This document shows, one piece after another, positions 23,680-36,404 of a stretch of 64,000 nucleotides of DNA. Origin of the DNA: Toensbergia leucococca (taxonomy: Eukaryota); the NCBI GenBank assembly GCA_022813965.1, contig JALDZS010000025.1:62001-126000 (forward strand). The letters run 5' to 3'. Position numbers and translations under genes: made by a program. The notes under the pieces are model-generated. The model ran no database searches and was not told where the DNA came from. It saw nothing but the letters and a program-made list of their open reading frames with translations. Position 1 is the stretch's first letter, and each line of letters begins with the position of its first letter.

Positions 23680-24332
23680 TGCGGAAGAGGAAGACGTGCT
23701 GATAATTCCTCGAGGCGGTAAGCTTAAGTACTTTGGTATCGACCAGTAATAGAATGCTCGGACTTTACATAGAAGCATGTGATAGGATCTTCAAACGCTT
23801 TGGCAGAAAGTGAGATGGTGGTGGTGGCGCGTCACAGGTGGCAGAATTTATGAAATACTCCAAAGGCGGTGAGCGATTATTCAAGGGTTATTCTAGTGCA
23901 TTGCCTCCAGGGCCGGGCCTTTCTAATATATTAAATTCCCCTGTCGAGATGAACTGAAAACAACTGCCATAACTCTTATTTGGGAGATGAATAAAACATG
24001 CATACCTAGTACACAGCAGACTCTATAATCAGATATGCTCAACACGAACACATCGAATTTATCTTTCAAATCGTTTGGTTGTCAAAATTATGATTTTCTG
24101 CAATGGTCTTTCTCAAACAAGCCCTGCTCTCCTCATGTAATTCAAAGTGCCTGTATGTTCCCAACTGCTGCCATGATCTTGTTACAATCTTTAAATTCTG
24201 GCAGTTGTAGATGACAACACTAAAAACACTATGTAGAAGTAACGCCACTCCATGAATGTTGGATACCTGAGACCCCAGTCCTATTATAATCGCAATAAAG
24301 AACGCATACAGATGTGGGTATCAAAATGGAAT

Positions 24333-26355
24333 TTAGGACGGCTTAATCACGCTTGAGACACTAGTAGGGGATTTCGCACCCTCCTGGGCCTCCTGCTCTA
24401 AGAAATCCGACCATAAATCGGAAAGTGACTCCTTTCTGTTGCGACTTTCGGGGAAAAATTCAGTGGATAGAGCTGGCGTGCTTGGCGTACGGTGCCATGG
24501 CGATATTGGGACTCTCAAATTTGGATTTGAGGCACCAGGTCTAGCAAGACCGGCTTGCTCACGTTGTTCTACCACGGTTAGACACTACTTGATCCTCCCA
24601 TAAGATCAGGAAAAGAATTACCATCAGTCCAACCAAGTAAAGCCGCCATGACCTGAAGGATTTGAAACTTTTTGGGGTCTGCCCTCTCAAGGGCCAGGAA
24701 TTGCAGGAAGTGGTTCGTGACGAGCAGTCTGACAGAATTAGTTCCCCAAATTCCCATGCTTTGTACGGACCGCCTACTTATCGATGTTGTCTTCGGGTTT
24801 GCCCTTTTTTAGATATCGCAGAGCCTTTGTTAAATGATCATTTAGAATTACCGCCTCATGTCGAAGTTTGCCAATGAGCAGATTCTTTTCCTTGACTTCT
24901 TTCTCGAAGGGCGAGGCTCTATCAAGTTCCTTCTTTGTTGATTCGAGTGACTCTGTAGCTTCAGTAGCCTTACTTTCGACCTCCTGCAGCTGCTTTCGTA
25001 GGCTCTCAACTTGTGCTTGGGAGTTTTCGACCAGCTCTCGCAACTCTCGTCTCCGAGCTAGTAGCCTAATTTAATTGACAGAAACCAGACAGCTTCATAA
25101 AATACGTACCATCCTGAATCTCCTGCAATGCCCTTTGCAAACCATCGACAGTCAAAGATTGAGTGTCTCGCTCTAATGCTGCTCGTTCATGGGCTTCACG
25201 GTGATTTGAGACCTGTTCTTCAAGATCTGCAACCTTTTCTGCAATAGCCTCCCGGATCGACCTTTCTTCCATTGCGAGAACCTCCCAATCTTGCATGGCT
25301 TGCTTAGCAGCCTCGAACTCTTCTCTGGCAAACTTTTCTCGTTGTATGAGATCGTCTCTCTCTTTAGACCAATTCTGTTGGGACAACGTCGTTCGGTTAC
25401 GCAGGCTTGATAGCTCCTTGGATCTGTGCTCGCCCTCTTCCGCCAAGGCCCCTACTTCCGCAACGCGAGCTTCGTTCTGATCCCGTAGGTTCTCATTCTG
25501 CTCCTCAAGATCATCGATTCGTTTTCTAGCTTCTGCCAAGTCTTCCTGCCTTGACGTGAGTCTAATGAGAATCCTGGCGCAAGAATCAACATACCGCATC
25601 TGCTTTCAATCTCTCGCCCAGTGTTGATTTTATGGTATTCACTTTGCCAAGCAGATTACGATATTGCGACTCTGCATGTTCCTTCTCACCCTGCGTCTCT
25701 TCGAGGTGCTCTCGAACATTGGCTAGCTCTTCTTCATGTTTTCCTTGCATCTGCTCCAGAGACCTCCGGAGCCAAGCCACTTCGTCCCTCAAGGCAGTCC
25801 TCTCCGAAGCCAGTGCATCTAATCTTGCTTTTGGACTCTCTATCGAGGGCACTTGGGCATTTTCGTTGGATGGCTTATCAATTGATAAATTTTCGAGGGA
25901 GGTGGATGTCACATCGGGCTGGTCGAAGAGACTGTGGGCCGCTTCTACGTCGGGAAGCCCAGATGCTACGGTATTTACATCATTTGTCACCATAGAAGTT
26001 CCATTTGTGTAGGGATGCTCATGCCTTGTCCCTGGGCTCGTTGGTGGGGCTTCATCCTCAATGGGGGATTTGCTCGATTCGGTCGGCGTCTCTGGCTCTT
26101 GCTCTTGCTCTTCGGGCTCGTTGTTCTCAATTCCCTCGTCATTTTTGACGCCGTTTAGTTGGTCTGAATCCCCATTCGGTTTGCCCTTTGCTCCACCCTT
26201 CCTCTTCTTATGCTTTTTACTTTTTGGGGCTAAAGTCCACGTAAGCCAGTTAGTGGGAATACCAAAGGCGAATGCAGAAGCTGTGAGCAGATGAAATGGA
26301 GTGACAAACCAGAAAAGGAAATGAGGGTGGGATCTGATCTGGTAATAGATGACAT
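24333..26355 (-). CDS. RUD3: Golgi matrix coiled-coil protein with GRAB domain (Rud3/GMAP-210)
   Basis: Long coiled coil; EKNLLIGKLRHEAVILNDHLTKAL, LVTNHFLQFLAL..DPKKFQILQ, SLSDLWSDFLE. 5' exons uncertain. Confidence 0.88.
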
Positions 26356-26903
26356 TGTGTACGACAGTAGTGCATTGAATTAATGGACTGGTGGAGTGGA
26401 GGATCTCAGAATTCAAGACTAGGTGGCCTCGGCTATCTTATCTCCACTTTTTAGCTCTTTTAGCGCTGGTAGCTCTTTTGGCTCTTTTGGCTTCTTTAGC
26501 TGATCTGCAGCAGCCGGCAAGGGCATGACCGTCATCCACTCGCAGGCATCGAGATCAGGCCTCTTGCCATGTCCTACTTTACTCCCTTCACCCGAAACTG
26601 ATATGATTCCATAATGTTGTGAATGATCGAGGCATACTTGACTATTCTAGCTGCTGGTCATGTGAGGGCGTGATTATGCGTTATGCATTACGAGTGCACG
26701 GTCGAATAGAGGACTAGACCTTCCCGGCTATTGATTGATCATTGGATGCCTGCTTTCTCCGCATTTCCCTTCTTCATATCCCCGCTCGAGTCTATGATGA
26801 TGGCTTCAATTTATGTTATCATTGATCTGCTACGCTTCTGTTTCCATTGTGCTCGTAGAACTACACACATTGATCCTCTAAGCCAGAAATCATTTATCAC
26901 ATC

Positions 26904-28229
26904 ATGGCGTTAAGTGATAGAAAATACATCCTTTGGGACACTGAAGGCGTGGAGAAGATTCCGCCAAATGAAGCAGAGGATATCCAGGCTGTGGCTGACA
27001 TGATCAACGTTGCACAGAAGGCCCAGTACAACAATCACCGTCACGCCTATGGAGGTAGGGTCTCGTTTCAATGGGGTAGTCTCACCACTCATAGTCGTAT
27101 AGGAACCCATGCCAGGACACAGGGCCTGGTTAAGGGTAAGCTCATCGTCCCAGATGATCTACCAAAACACCTGAAGCAGAGCATGTTTGAGCATGGTGGA
27201 GAATATCCCGTCGTCTGTCGGTACAGCAGTGAGCCTGGAGATCCAGGCCTTGATGTCAGCACACTTTTAACGCCCGAGTACCAGAACCAGCTGAGTAGTG
27301 ACAGGACCGCATCCCACAACCCCGTGGCTTCTCCATGAAGATCTTCAATGTCCACGGTGAAATGTTCGATGCCGGCAAAGACCTTCCAACCCAAGATATC
27401 GAGTTCAATTCCACCCCCGCTCTTGACTTGGCCGATGCCAAAACAACTAGGGAGATCATAGGACTGAGAATGAAGTATGGTCAAGACAAAAACGAGCTTT
27501 ACAAGCAATTAGAAGCTCGAAAGGATACCGAGCTACAGAAAGCGAGAGACTCAGTTCGAAATACACACCTCGAGTCTACCAGACAATACTCTCAGACATC
27601 GTATCGATTCGGTACTTACGTCGCCAAATACTGTTTAGTACCATCCTCGGACACGCAGAAGAAACTATACGAGGAGACGGTGAAGCCAGACCAAGACGGA
27701 TCAGATATCTTGAGCACATGGCTACAGAATTTCCATGGTGCTCACGATGCGGAATACTTGTTTCAATTTCAGCTTCTGGAGAATCTCGAAGACCAACCGG
27801 TCGAGTATGCTGGTAAGGTTTGGGATCCTGAAAAGTATCCATGGCAGACGGTGGCGAAAGTAGTATTCCCGAAGCAAGACTCTTTCAATTACGAGTTGAA
27901 GTCGTTCTGGGAGGATCATATGCGTGTCGATCCTTGGCACGGTCTCAAGTCTCTACAGCCTCTTGGTTCTCCCAATCGTCTGCGGCGGATAGGTAAGTGG
28001 ATGCTTGTTTTTCTGTTGAAACACTCATTTCTAACCATTTTCCGATAGTGTACCCTCAGAGTAGTAGCCTTCGGCGTAAGATGAACGGCAGAAAGGAGAT
28101 TCATGTGAAGGCCATGGATGAGATCCCGTATGTAACTCCAAGTGCTCCTTAGGCTTTGGTATTTAACGCAATCAATGCTAACAAATAATAAGAGGTCCGG
28201 TTCCGGGGCCGATGGCACAGACTGCTTGA
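26904..28229 (+). CDS. Short heme-dependent catalase-like protein
   Basis: HRHAYGGTHARTQG (distal His), CRYSSEPG, PQPRGFSMKI, PWHGLKSLQPLGSPNRLRRIVY (proximal R..Y). 4 introns. Confidence 0.88.
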
Positions 28230-28408
28230 ACGTATCTGTAGGATATAACGAATGACTCATCCAAACCGACTTTGACTCCTGACTTTGACTACTTTATCTG
28301 CTGATATCAACCATTACCCAACCTCCCCTGTTTCTCGTCACTGATCCTTTCACGTTGCATCTTGACATAGCTTGACCCTTCTTGAATACCTAGCCCCATG
28401 CGACAACC

Positions 28409-28780
28409 ATGCCAGCAACGCCCCCAAACCCTGTCCCCGCATCCATCTCTACCATCCCGGAAGAGCTCCGTCAAACAAATCATTCACTACCTGGAACTCC
28501 GCTCAGCATTCGCCCTCAAACAAATCTCCAAACTCTTCGCTCACGCCGTCAGGATCCCAACCATCAAATCATTCTTCCGCACTCGGTAAGTCATAAATTC
28601 TTCATATGTTGAGTCAGCACTGACGCACATTCAAGTCACCTTACGAATATCAATTATGCCGTTGAAGAAGAATATTGCAAACCAGCGGGCGCGCGACTAT
28701 GCCACCTCACCTCAGCCTCCCCACCTCATTCTAACTCAGGATTCCTATTCCTCCTCAATGAGATTAGAAACTGGATATAG
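28409..28780 (+). pseudogene. Small F-box gene with a +1 frameshift
   Basis: Removing one C at 28468-28469 joins ISTIPEEL to VKQIIHYLELRSAFALKQISKLF, an F-box consensus. GTAAGT..CTGAC..AAG intron downstream. Confidence 0.6.
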
Positions 28781-30762
28781 CACTTTGCCATTCCAAACGA
28801 CTGTTTTACTATCAGATGGAGAGACAAGTCGAATCGAGATTTAACATACGTTTCAAGACTTATCATTACTCATTAGGTCTATGCTTAGACAGCGCTGTAG
28901 GTCTATGTCGCCGCCGATTCAATCTCAAGTGACGACTTCATAGCTCAGAAAACACATCAGAGTACCAACTTTCCCCTGAATCAGCAGCCCTCTTGTTAAC
29001 CTGTCATCGAATCAATCAAGAAGTCAGTCACCTCTTATACCGCAGGAATACATTCATCTTTGAAAATGCACGGGTTCTCAAAAGATTTATTGATACCTTA
29101 AGTACTTCTTCAAAGAACGTCATCATAAGTATCAATTTATACTGAAGGGAGTATGAAAGGCCTCATTGTGATGATGATGTAGTGTGAAAGCAGCGTTATG
29201 AGAAGAAATGACTGAAAGTGTGCTCTAGAGCGGCTGAGGAGCTTCTCAGCTTACTATGATTATGCGTCAAGGTGAATCTTTGGAAAATTCTCATAATGCG
29301 AAGTTTCTGAGTAGCATGAGTAGCTGCACTACGACACTTTAGGGGCCGTGAAGTTGTGATATGTGTAATCCATCTCAAGCATTGATGTTACAGGACGATT
29401 TTCCCGAAAAATCAAAGGGTTCTCAGAGCCACCGCGAGTATGGTGAGAAATGATACCTCAGGGACGTATTGGGAGACCAAAAATTCAGGGGTCGTGGACT
29501 TGATTTTGTGTAATCCATCTCAGGGTTGAATGTGTGGGCGGGGATGTCATGATGGATTGCGGGAACGTTTTGATGGCGTTTGTGTGGATTGGGGGGGGGC
29601 CGTTTGTTTCTGGGGGTAGGGGTGGAGTGGGGGAAGTTGTGGCGATGGCCTTGAGACTTCTTGCCGCCCTGGCAAAGCGGTTAGGGCGGACTGATTTCGA
29701 TGGCACGGAGTTTGCGGAGGTGCTGAGATATCCGGTTGCTGAGGGTGATCTGAGGAGCTGGAGGGGTGGGCTGTAGGTTCGTAGGGGACTTCTGGTTTGG
29801 GGCATGTAATGGTCTTCGGGTTGATCGATGAATTTGATTGATTGCGATGGCAACTTTTCTGCTCAGGTACTTTTGAACAAGGGTAGAAAAGACCGCGTAG
29901 TAGTATGATGGTGACTAAAAGTATTGGTTGGAAACATGCAACACCCAACGAGTACTAATACGACAGTTAAAGGAAGTATCAACCATAGAATAGCAGAAGA
30001 TAGGTAGGACCACCCTCAAGCACGAGCCGAGGACCAAAAAAAAGACTTATGCAAGCCTCATTGTGCCTGCTGAAGAACCAGAATTTTTGAGGACCGATTT
30101 AAGGTTCATAGAAATAGCCTTGGAAAGATAACATCAAAATCAAACACTTTACCTACGAGTACCCAACAACGAAAGCCCAACCCACAATCCACCCGCAAAC
30201 CCCTCACACAGAAGACATACACATTTCCTCCCTCCTCCTCACCCCAAACCTCTCCCACCCTCTCCCCTCCCAGAGAAATCAAACCCACATCTCCGCCCCA
30301 AAAAGCGAACCCCAACCACCACCACCTGCAAAGGCCAGGTAGCCGGGGATTAGAAAAGGCAAGGAATCTCCGTCAAGAAATTTGAAAATCACACGTGAAT
30401 ATGCGCTAGAGGTGGAGTGTAAGATGATTCTCTAGAGCATGGGTATGTGGAGGACGTTTCAAATATGTATGGAGGAGAAGAGGAGAAGGAGAGGAAGGAA
30501 CAGAGAGAGATGTTAAAATAGGTATGTGTGGAGGGTAGGGGGTATCAGGGGGTAGGTATACGAGTGACCGGGGGGTAAATTATGGTTCGTGTGGGGATCA
30601 TGTCCCGAGGTCCCCTTTACCAGTTACCACCAGAAGTTTTCTTAGCTTTTCGAGCTCTTTTGCAGGAATGGATAGGCTTGGTTTGGATATCTACAACGGC
30701 GTCTGATGTCTAGCATGCATACATACAAGTAGCCACTACAAGCTACGGCGGATAAACTCCCG

Positions 30763-32918
30763 TCACTCAATCCTCTCCTCTCTGCATGTCTCCGTCGGCA
30801 GCTCCTGCAATACACCACAGGCCTCACCAACCATCACCGGCTGCATGACTGTAGCCTCGACTTTCAGTTCTGCAGAATCGACTTGGCTGCTCTCTCGGCC
30901 ATCATCGTTGCACGCTAGCCTTGCATTCCTTGACAAGGTGTCCCTCGGAGCATCCTCAATTAGATTCATAACGCTGTCGGCAGAAGCCAAGTTCAGTTCC
31001 CTCGCATCATCCGCGTCTGTCGATGAATTGGGGGTAGAAGAACCAGCATCGCAAGGCTGCTCGTACAATATCGGAGCCCAAACACGCCAGTGTAGAATTG
31101 TCATGTGCGCTATCCGCTTCGCAATACTCAACAAGCCCGTATGCTCGCCAGCGGATCCTAGTACGTTACGACCTGGATGGAAATGGTTCAGAATCTGTAA
31201 TGGAGTCATGTCGTAAATTGTTCGCAGCTCCTGGTCAAGCAGATCCCCCAGATCACTACAAAGATAGCCTTCGAGCTCCTCATAGATGGCCGAGTTGGGA
31301 TCCAAGCTGTCCCGCAAAGACCGTTCGGTGTCGTCGAGTAGTTCTCCGTTGGGAAGATTTTTGTCTCCGCATAGACTATAAGCTGCTCTGACGATCTCTA
31401 GTGTGACAGCGCTGACGTGCCCTTGCCCGTCGATTTGGGACTCTTCCCTTTCCTTGACTACCAGAATACGACCCAACAAGTCATCATAGGAATCTGGAGG
31501 AGGCAGTCCAATCCACCCAATTGACTGTAAAGTGTCAATAAACAGCTGACCGCAGATCGCCCGATGCATACAAATGCGGAAGTCTGCTTGCAAACTTCGT
31601 AGACGGTCATTGTCGAATATAAAAGTTATAGGGAATCTCGTCTCCGTTGTAATGACCATCTCGATGATATTTCTAGTGAAGGCGGCGAGCCGGGGTTCTG
31701 GTATTTGCTGTTCTTCAAAGTCGCCTTCGAAAGGGCCAGATTGATACCAAATTCGCGCTTCGGTTAGATCCCACCCATTCGATATCCTGCCAAGAAAGAA
31801 CTTCTGCTCAAAATGAACGGTATCGTCGATCATAAGTAATCTTAAATATCTGATTTGATGATTTGCTACGTCCTAAGTCGATTAATTTCACCAATCGTAA
31901 AAAGTGGATCAAGGCCGCTCACCAATTTCATAGTCTCCAGAACACCGAATAAAGCTCGTAGACCCCCTACAAGAGCATGTGCATCATCCTGCGCGACACC
32001 CTGCTGTATAGCAGTAATCATACTTGAAACCATCGGATCCCGCAAAGGTGAACAGGAGCCCAGCAAGAGGGAGCCTAGCCAATTGCTGAGGGAGGTGAGA
32101 TCGCAGGCCCCCTTATCCAATTCCTGCATCACAAGATCAATGTCGAGTCGGTCGTCCAAAGCAGACCATTCAATGTCTGGAACGAGAGTCTTGAGGATTT
32201 CTCGAATTGTCTGGAATAAGCGAGGTAGTCTCCAAGGCACATTGTGCAAGAACGATGGACTAAGTGGCCAAGACGCTGTCCCATCAGGCGACGGATTTGA
32301 CGGCGTCGATGAGAGGCGATGCCAGTGTCTCATGTATAGGGCAAGCTCGATAACCAAAGCGTCCCAATATTCCTTCGCTTGCGACAGTTTTTGTCTGCCT
32401 TTGGATCCGTACATATTTGGCCTGAAGGCCACTTCACGCTCAAAATTTAGGTCGTGCCGTAGTTTCGCATCATTCATGATCCTTGAGAGATCAAGCTCAC
32501 TGAGAGATACCTTTGTGACAGGAGGATCGAGACTAGCAGACCAAAGATGTTTTAGGTCTGTCGCTTCGATGCGCAAGCACTCGAGTTCCGCAGGGGTTAA
32601 GTAGGCCGTCAGACTTTCTGGTGTCATGGCGCTCTCGTGGTATGAGCGGCCTAAGCAATGTGACCTCATTAAATTATGTGTCCAAGATGCTTCGGATACC
32701 CTGACCTTGCCCTTATCCTTTTCTTTCTTAGAATTCTCCTTTGTAGATGGTGTCGTTGAGGCGAGAGACGAGCATCTTCTAGCTTCCTGCGTGACTCTTT
32801 CGGTACATGCTCGAGATGACTGCTTAAATTCATGGCAGTTCAGTTGTGTCAAATGATCTGACTGGGCTGCAGAGTGAAGATGTCGAGGATTTGCTGGTGT
32901 TGGCTTCTGGAAAGTCAT
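30763..32918 (-). CDS. SOK1: T-complex 11 (TCP11) domain protein Sok1
   Basis: PPVTKVSLSELDLSRIMNDAKLRHDLNFE..FRPN, CSPLRD, FGVLETMKL-DVANHQIRYLR, HWRVWAPILY. 1 intron. Confidence 0.92.
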
Positions 32919-34623
32919 GGCAGATTCACTAGTGATTGTTTGATAGTTGAAGCCAGTTGATAGTACTAAGTGCTCGTAGGGGATGCTGAATGTCGGAGTG
33001 GTAGAGAGCTATATTTTATTCCAGAATTTTGATTTTTAAGACTGGTAAAGTTGGCAAAGAGCAGCGTCTCAGGCAGCGGGAATATCTAAGATTTAATGGG
33101 TTCAATGATTTTTTTGTATATAATGGTTTATTTGGATGTCGCACAAAAGACGTGGCAATCCGTCTGACTGCAAACAGTCTTATTATCTTTGTTCTCAGCG
33201 ATCAAGATTGTAGAGAAACTCACAAGAATAAAAGCGATGGTCCGAGGGCTGCTAATGAAATTTGCGACCTTTTCAGAAACATCATGGCCGTGTGCGTGTT
33301 TGTAGTGATGAAGCCGAAGCAGGAAGGGAACAAACTCGATGCAAAAGACGCACAAGAATTCGGCGGGAGATTCAAACAGATGGCGACAACGCATTCAAGA
33401 GATGATCAAACGGCAGAAGAAAAGAAACTTAAAGCACAGCCAACGGCCTACGGGCAACGAAAGTGAGGCTGATTGTTAGGATTCTGTTCGGTAAGCATTT
33501 AAAATGGCCAGGGGGTGAGGGTGGAAATTGCAGTACCGTATCGAGCGGATTCAGATCTGGCCCCAGAAGCACACGGAACGGCTTTATTGGGAAATGCGAA
33601 AGTCGTCGGCTCTCTGCCTCTGAAAACGAGGCGGAGCTGACAGCGATGCATCTTACGGTTATCGCTGATGATCCATTCCTGAGGGATGCTGAAGAGCGTT
33701 GCAAGCGTGTCCCGGCGAAGGATGACGCGACGGGGGAGATGCTGCCCACAGACTCGGCTTTCTTCAGTGACGGTGATACAATATTGTAGCTGAAGCCATG
33801 TCGGAAATGCTTGGAGAATCGAGACCAATCACCGTAGTGAGGCATTGTTCATCTAACATGGTCTTCTGCATCTGCCCGCCGAGGAGAAAACACAACGATC
33901 TCAGGTTGGCAGCAGACAAAACGGGCCAGTGCATTGACGGCGACTTGAATGGGTAGATCTGAAGTCCCCAGTGTGCTATGACGACCTAGACGGTGGTGAG
34001 TACCTTAGCTGTCCAACGCATACCGGACACATGAAGTCCTGCAACTGCGACTCGAGGAATGTACCGTACAGAGGGAAGTGGCAATGTAGGATAGGCATTG
34101 ATGTCAGCATTAGTACTGCTGCTCGAGTCCAGCTTCCATGCAGCCGTCAGCCACTTTATGTATCTTCCGAACTTCGGATCCAATCAATATGTGAGGCGTT
34201 TGCGTGAGGCACGCCATAAGGTAAGATAGCAGGTAGTCTACCTACTCGAGCTACTGTACCGTAATAATCCCGTAGATTGAGCGCCCTGGCAAGGCAACAA
34301 ATACAAATACAGATACAGATCCAAATCCAAATACGTATGCACCATCACGTGAATTACAACAGTCTGCATTTACATAGGGCCAACAAGTCTTCTTCTGTAC
34401 GCTAGGAGGCTGCATCGACTACCTTTGATGCACCTGCTCTGGGAACAACATGTCGATTGAAGGATACGCCAGTCTACAGCCATGTGCCTCACAACCAGAT
34501 AATGAAGCATTCGCTTGAAGAAGATGCAGAAATGGGTATCTTGAGAAACAAGAAGAACCAATGAGATACCCGCCGCAGGTAGGCCCATCGGACTGTGTCA
34601 GTGGGAGAATATATCGCCCATCT

Positions 34624-35832
34624 TCAATAATAGCCAAATTGCTGTCGCACCCAGGGCTGGTGATATGTCGAGTAGTCTGCGTTGAACCAACAAGTCAACG
34701 GCTGCTCTATTCCAATCGAAACTCGATCAACCTACCACGCTCTTCTGGCAATCCCATTTCCAATGCAACGTTTACATATCCATCCGCATTAATTCTTCCT
34801 TTCTTCCTGACCTCCTTTATGGAAGCTTCATCCTCTTGCCAAGGCGTACGACTAAGACCTGTTAGTCAGAATTCGTTCAAACCGATGGAACAAAGAATTG
34901 GCACACCAGAAAACGCATCGAAGTTCCCTGACGCCTTTCTGACTCTTTGCCCATTGCTCAAAGCACTCTTTGTGAATATTGTTCCCGCATGCGGCCTTGC
35001 ACCAAACAATGTCCTCACTCTCAGGCTCGAATTCTGTGAAGCAGATAGGGCAGTCACCAGAGACGTCTTTACGATTTGAGGGATTTTCGGAATCTGAGGA
35101 ACCGACTCCAGAGGTAGGCCGACGAGCATTGGCAAATATCTCGCGTAGCTCCTGATTCCCAGCGCTGGTGAGCCATAAGATTTATACATGCGGGAGCAAG
35201 GGCTTACGGATGAGATGAAGGCCAATTGATATTGAAGATGATCTGGAGCTTTTAGAACGTTGTGCAGGACCTGCGAATAGGAATCAGTCGGAATTTGTAT
35301 CAGCTGCGGCATTTGGCATACGTAGACGATGTGCTTGCATTGATTGCCCTTTTGGTTGTCTGGGCAGGTACAGCTGGGCATTTGACAGATGTGGACGCTA
35401 TAGATGTTGCCTGTGGAGCCCACCATCTCAATGGTCTCTTCAGGTATCTCAGTCGTACCTCCAGTGGTGCGATCAATCATAAACATTCTGCGAGGCAATT
35501 AAGTCCCAAGTTTGTGAGATAGATTGATATCATGAGCAGATGGACTACCTTTGCTCGGTTGCCCGCCGTAGCTTCTCGAGGTATGATGACGGCGCGTGCT
35601 TGCGATACATCCTTAACCGTTTCTCTTCACCCTGGCCATGGCCTGAAGACGGTGCCTTCTTTTTCTGTTTCTTTGGCGCAGGCGTGGCATAACTATCCTC
35701 TTCGCGGGTCGAATCTAAGACGGAAATTTCACCAGTCTGAGTTGAAGGAGGACCATTCCTCTTGCGCTTCCTTGCACTGCTTGTTGGAGTTGATATCGCT
35801 GAGGCAAGCAAGCCTCGATCTTCACCAATCAT
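34624..35832 (-). CDS. SWIM zinc finger plus RING finger protein (probable E3 ligase)
   Basis: GSTGNIYSV..PSCTCPD..NQCKHIVYV (SWIM); GDCPICF..WCKAACGNNIHKECFEQW..CVF (RING). Several introns; start inferred. Confidence 0.9.
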
Positions 35833-36404
35833 GGTGCTACCGGCGGAACTATTTTTCCAAGCAACAGGTCCTTTGGGGGATCGCCTGACCTTATTCAAGT
35901 GAATACCTAGTGTTGGCTACCGTAAGGAAGTGAACATCCTCATTCTAATGGGAGCGGACGAGATTGAGTATTCCGTATCCGTATGAGTACGAGTACGAGT
36001 CATAAAATCTATTCCTCGGCGGGCCACCGTAGAATGAGAACTAGGTACCCATCGCAGCGTAGAATACGGAGTAGGTAGTGAGGTCTTGGCACTGAATTCT
36101 ACCCTATCTGTCGACGGGAGCTGTGAATTTCTTTGTTGCGCTAAGAAACGACTTGGTTCAGTCAGCTCAAGGCAAACCTCACCAACATACCAACATTAGG
36201 CCGAGATTTAAAAGGCATCTAAAAGATAATATGGTAACAAATCTTGAGCGTTGAAAGTCAACTTTACATTGATGGGGGATGACATCTGCGAATTCGGAGC
36301 ATTGCCATGAACTACAAGGCATCGACTGCTCAAACTGGTCAAGTCACACCAGATTGAAATACAAGGACTAGCTTGCTGCCATAGAGAGTCCCGCATCCAT
36401 TTCG

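Noticed and set aside
26448..26502. Short (TTTT/AG)GCTC-type tandem repeats, also hexamer runs at 34300-34335
   Set aside because: Ordinary degenerate microsatellites with no spacer structure; not CRISPR-like.
33029..33845. ORFs upstream of SOK1 on both strands
   Set aside because: No recognisable domain; more likely promoter or long 5'UTR sequence.
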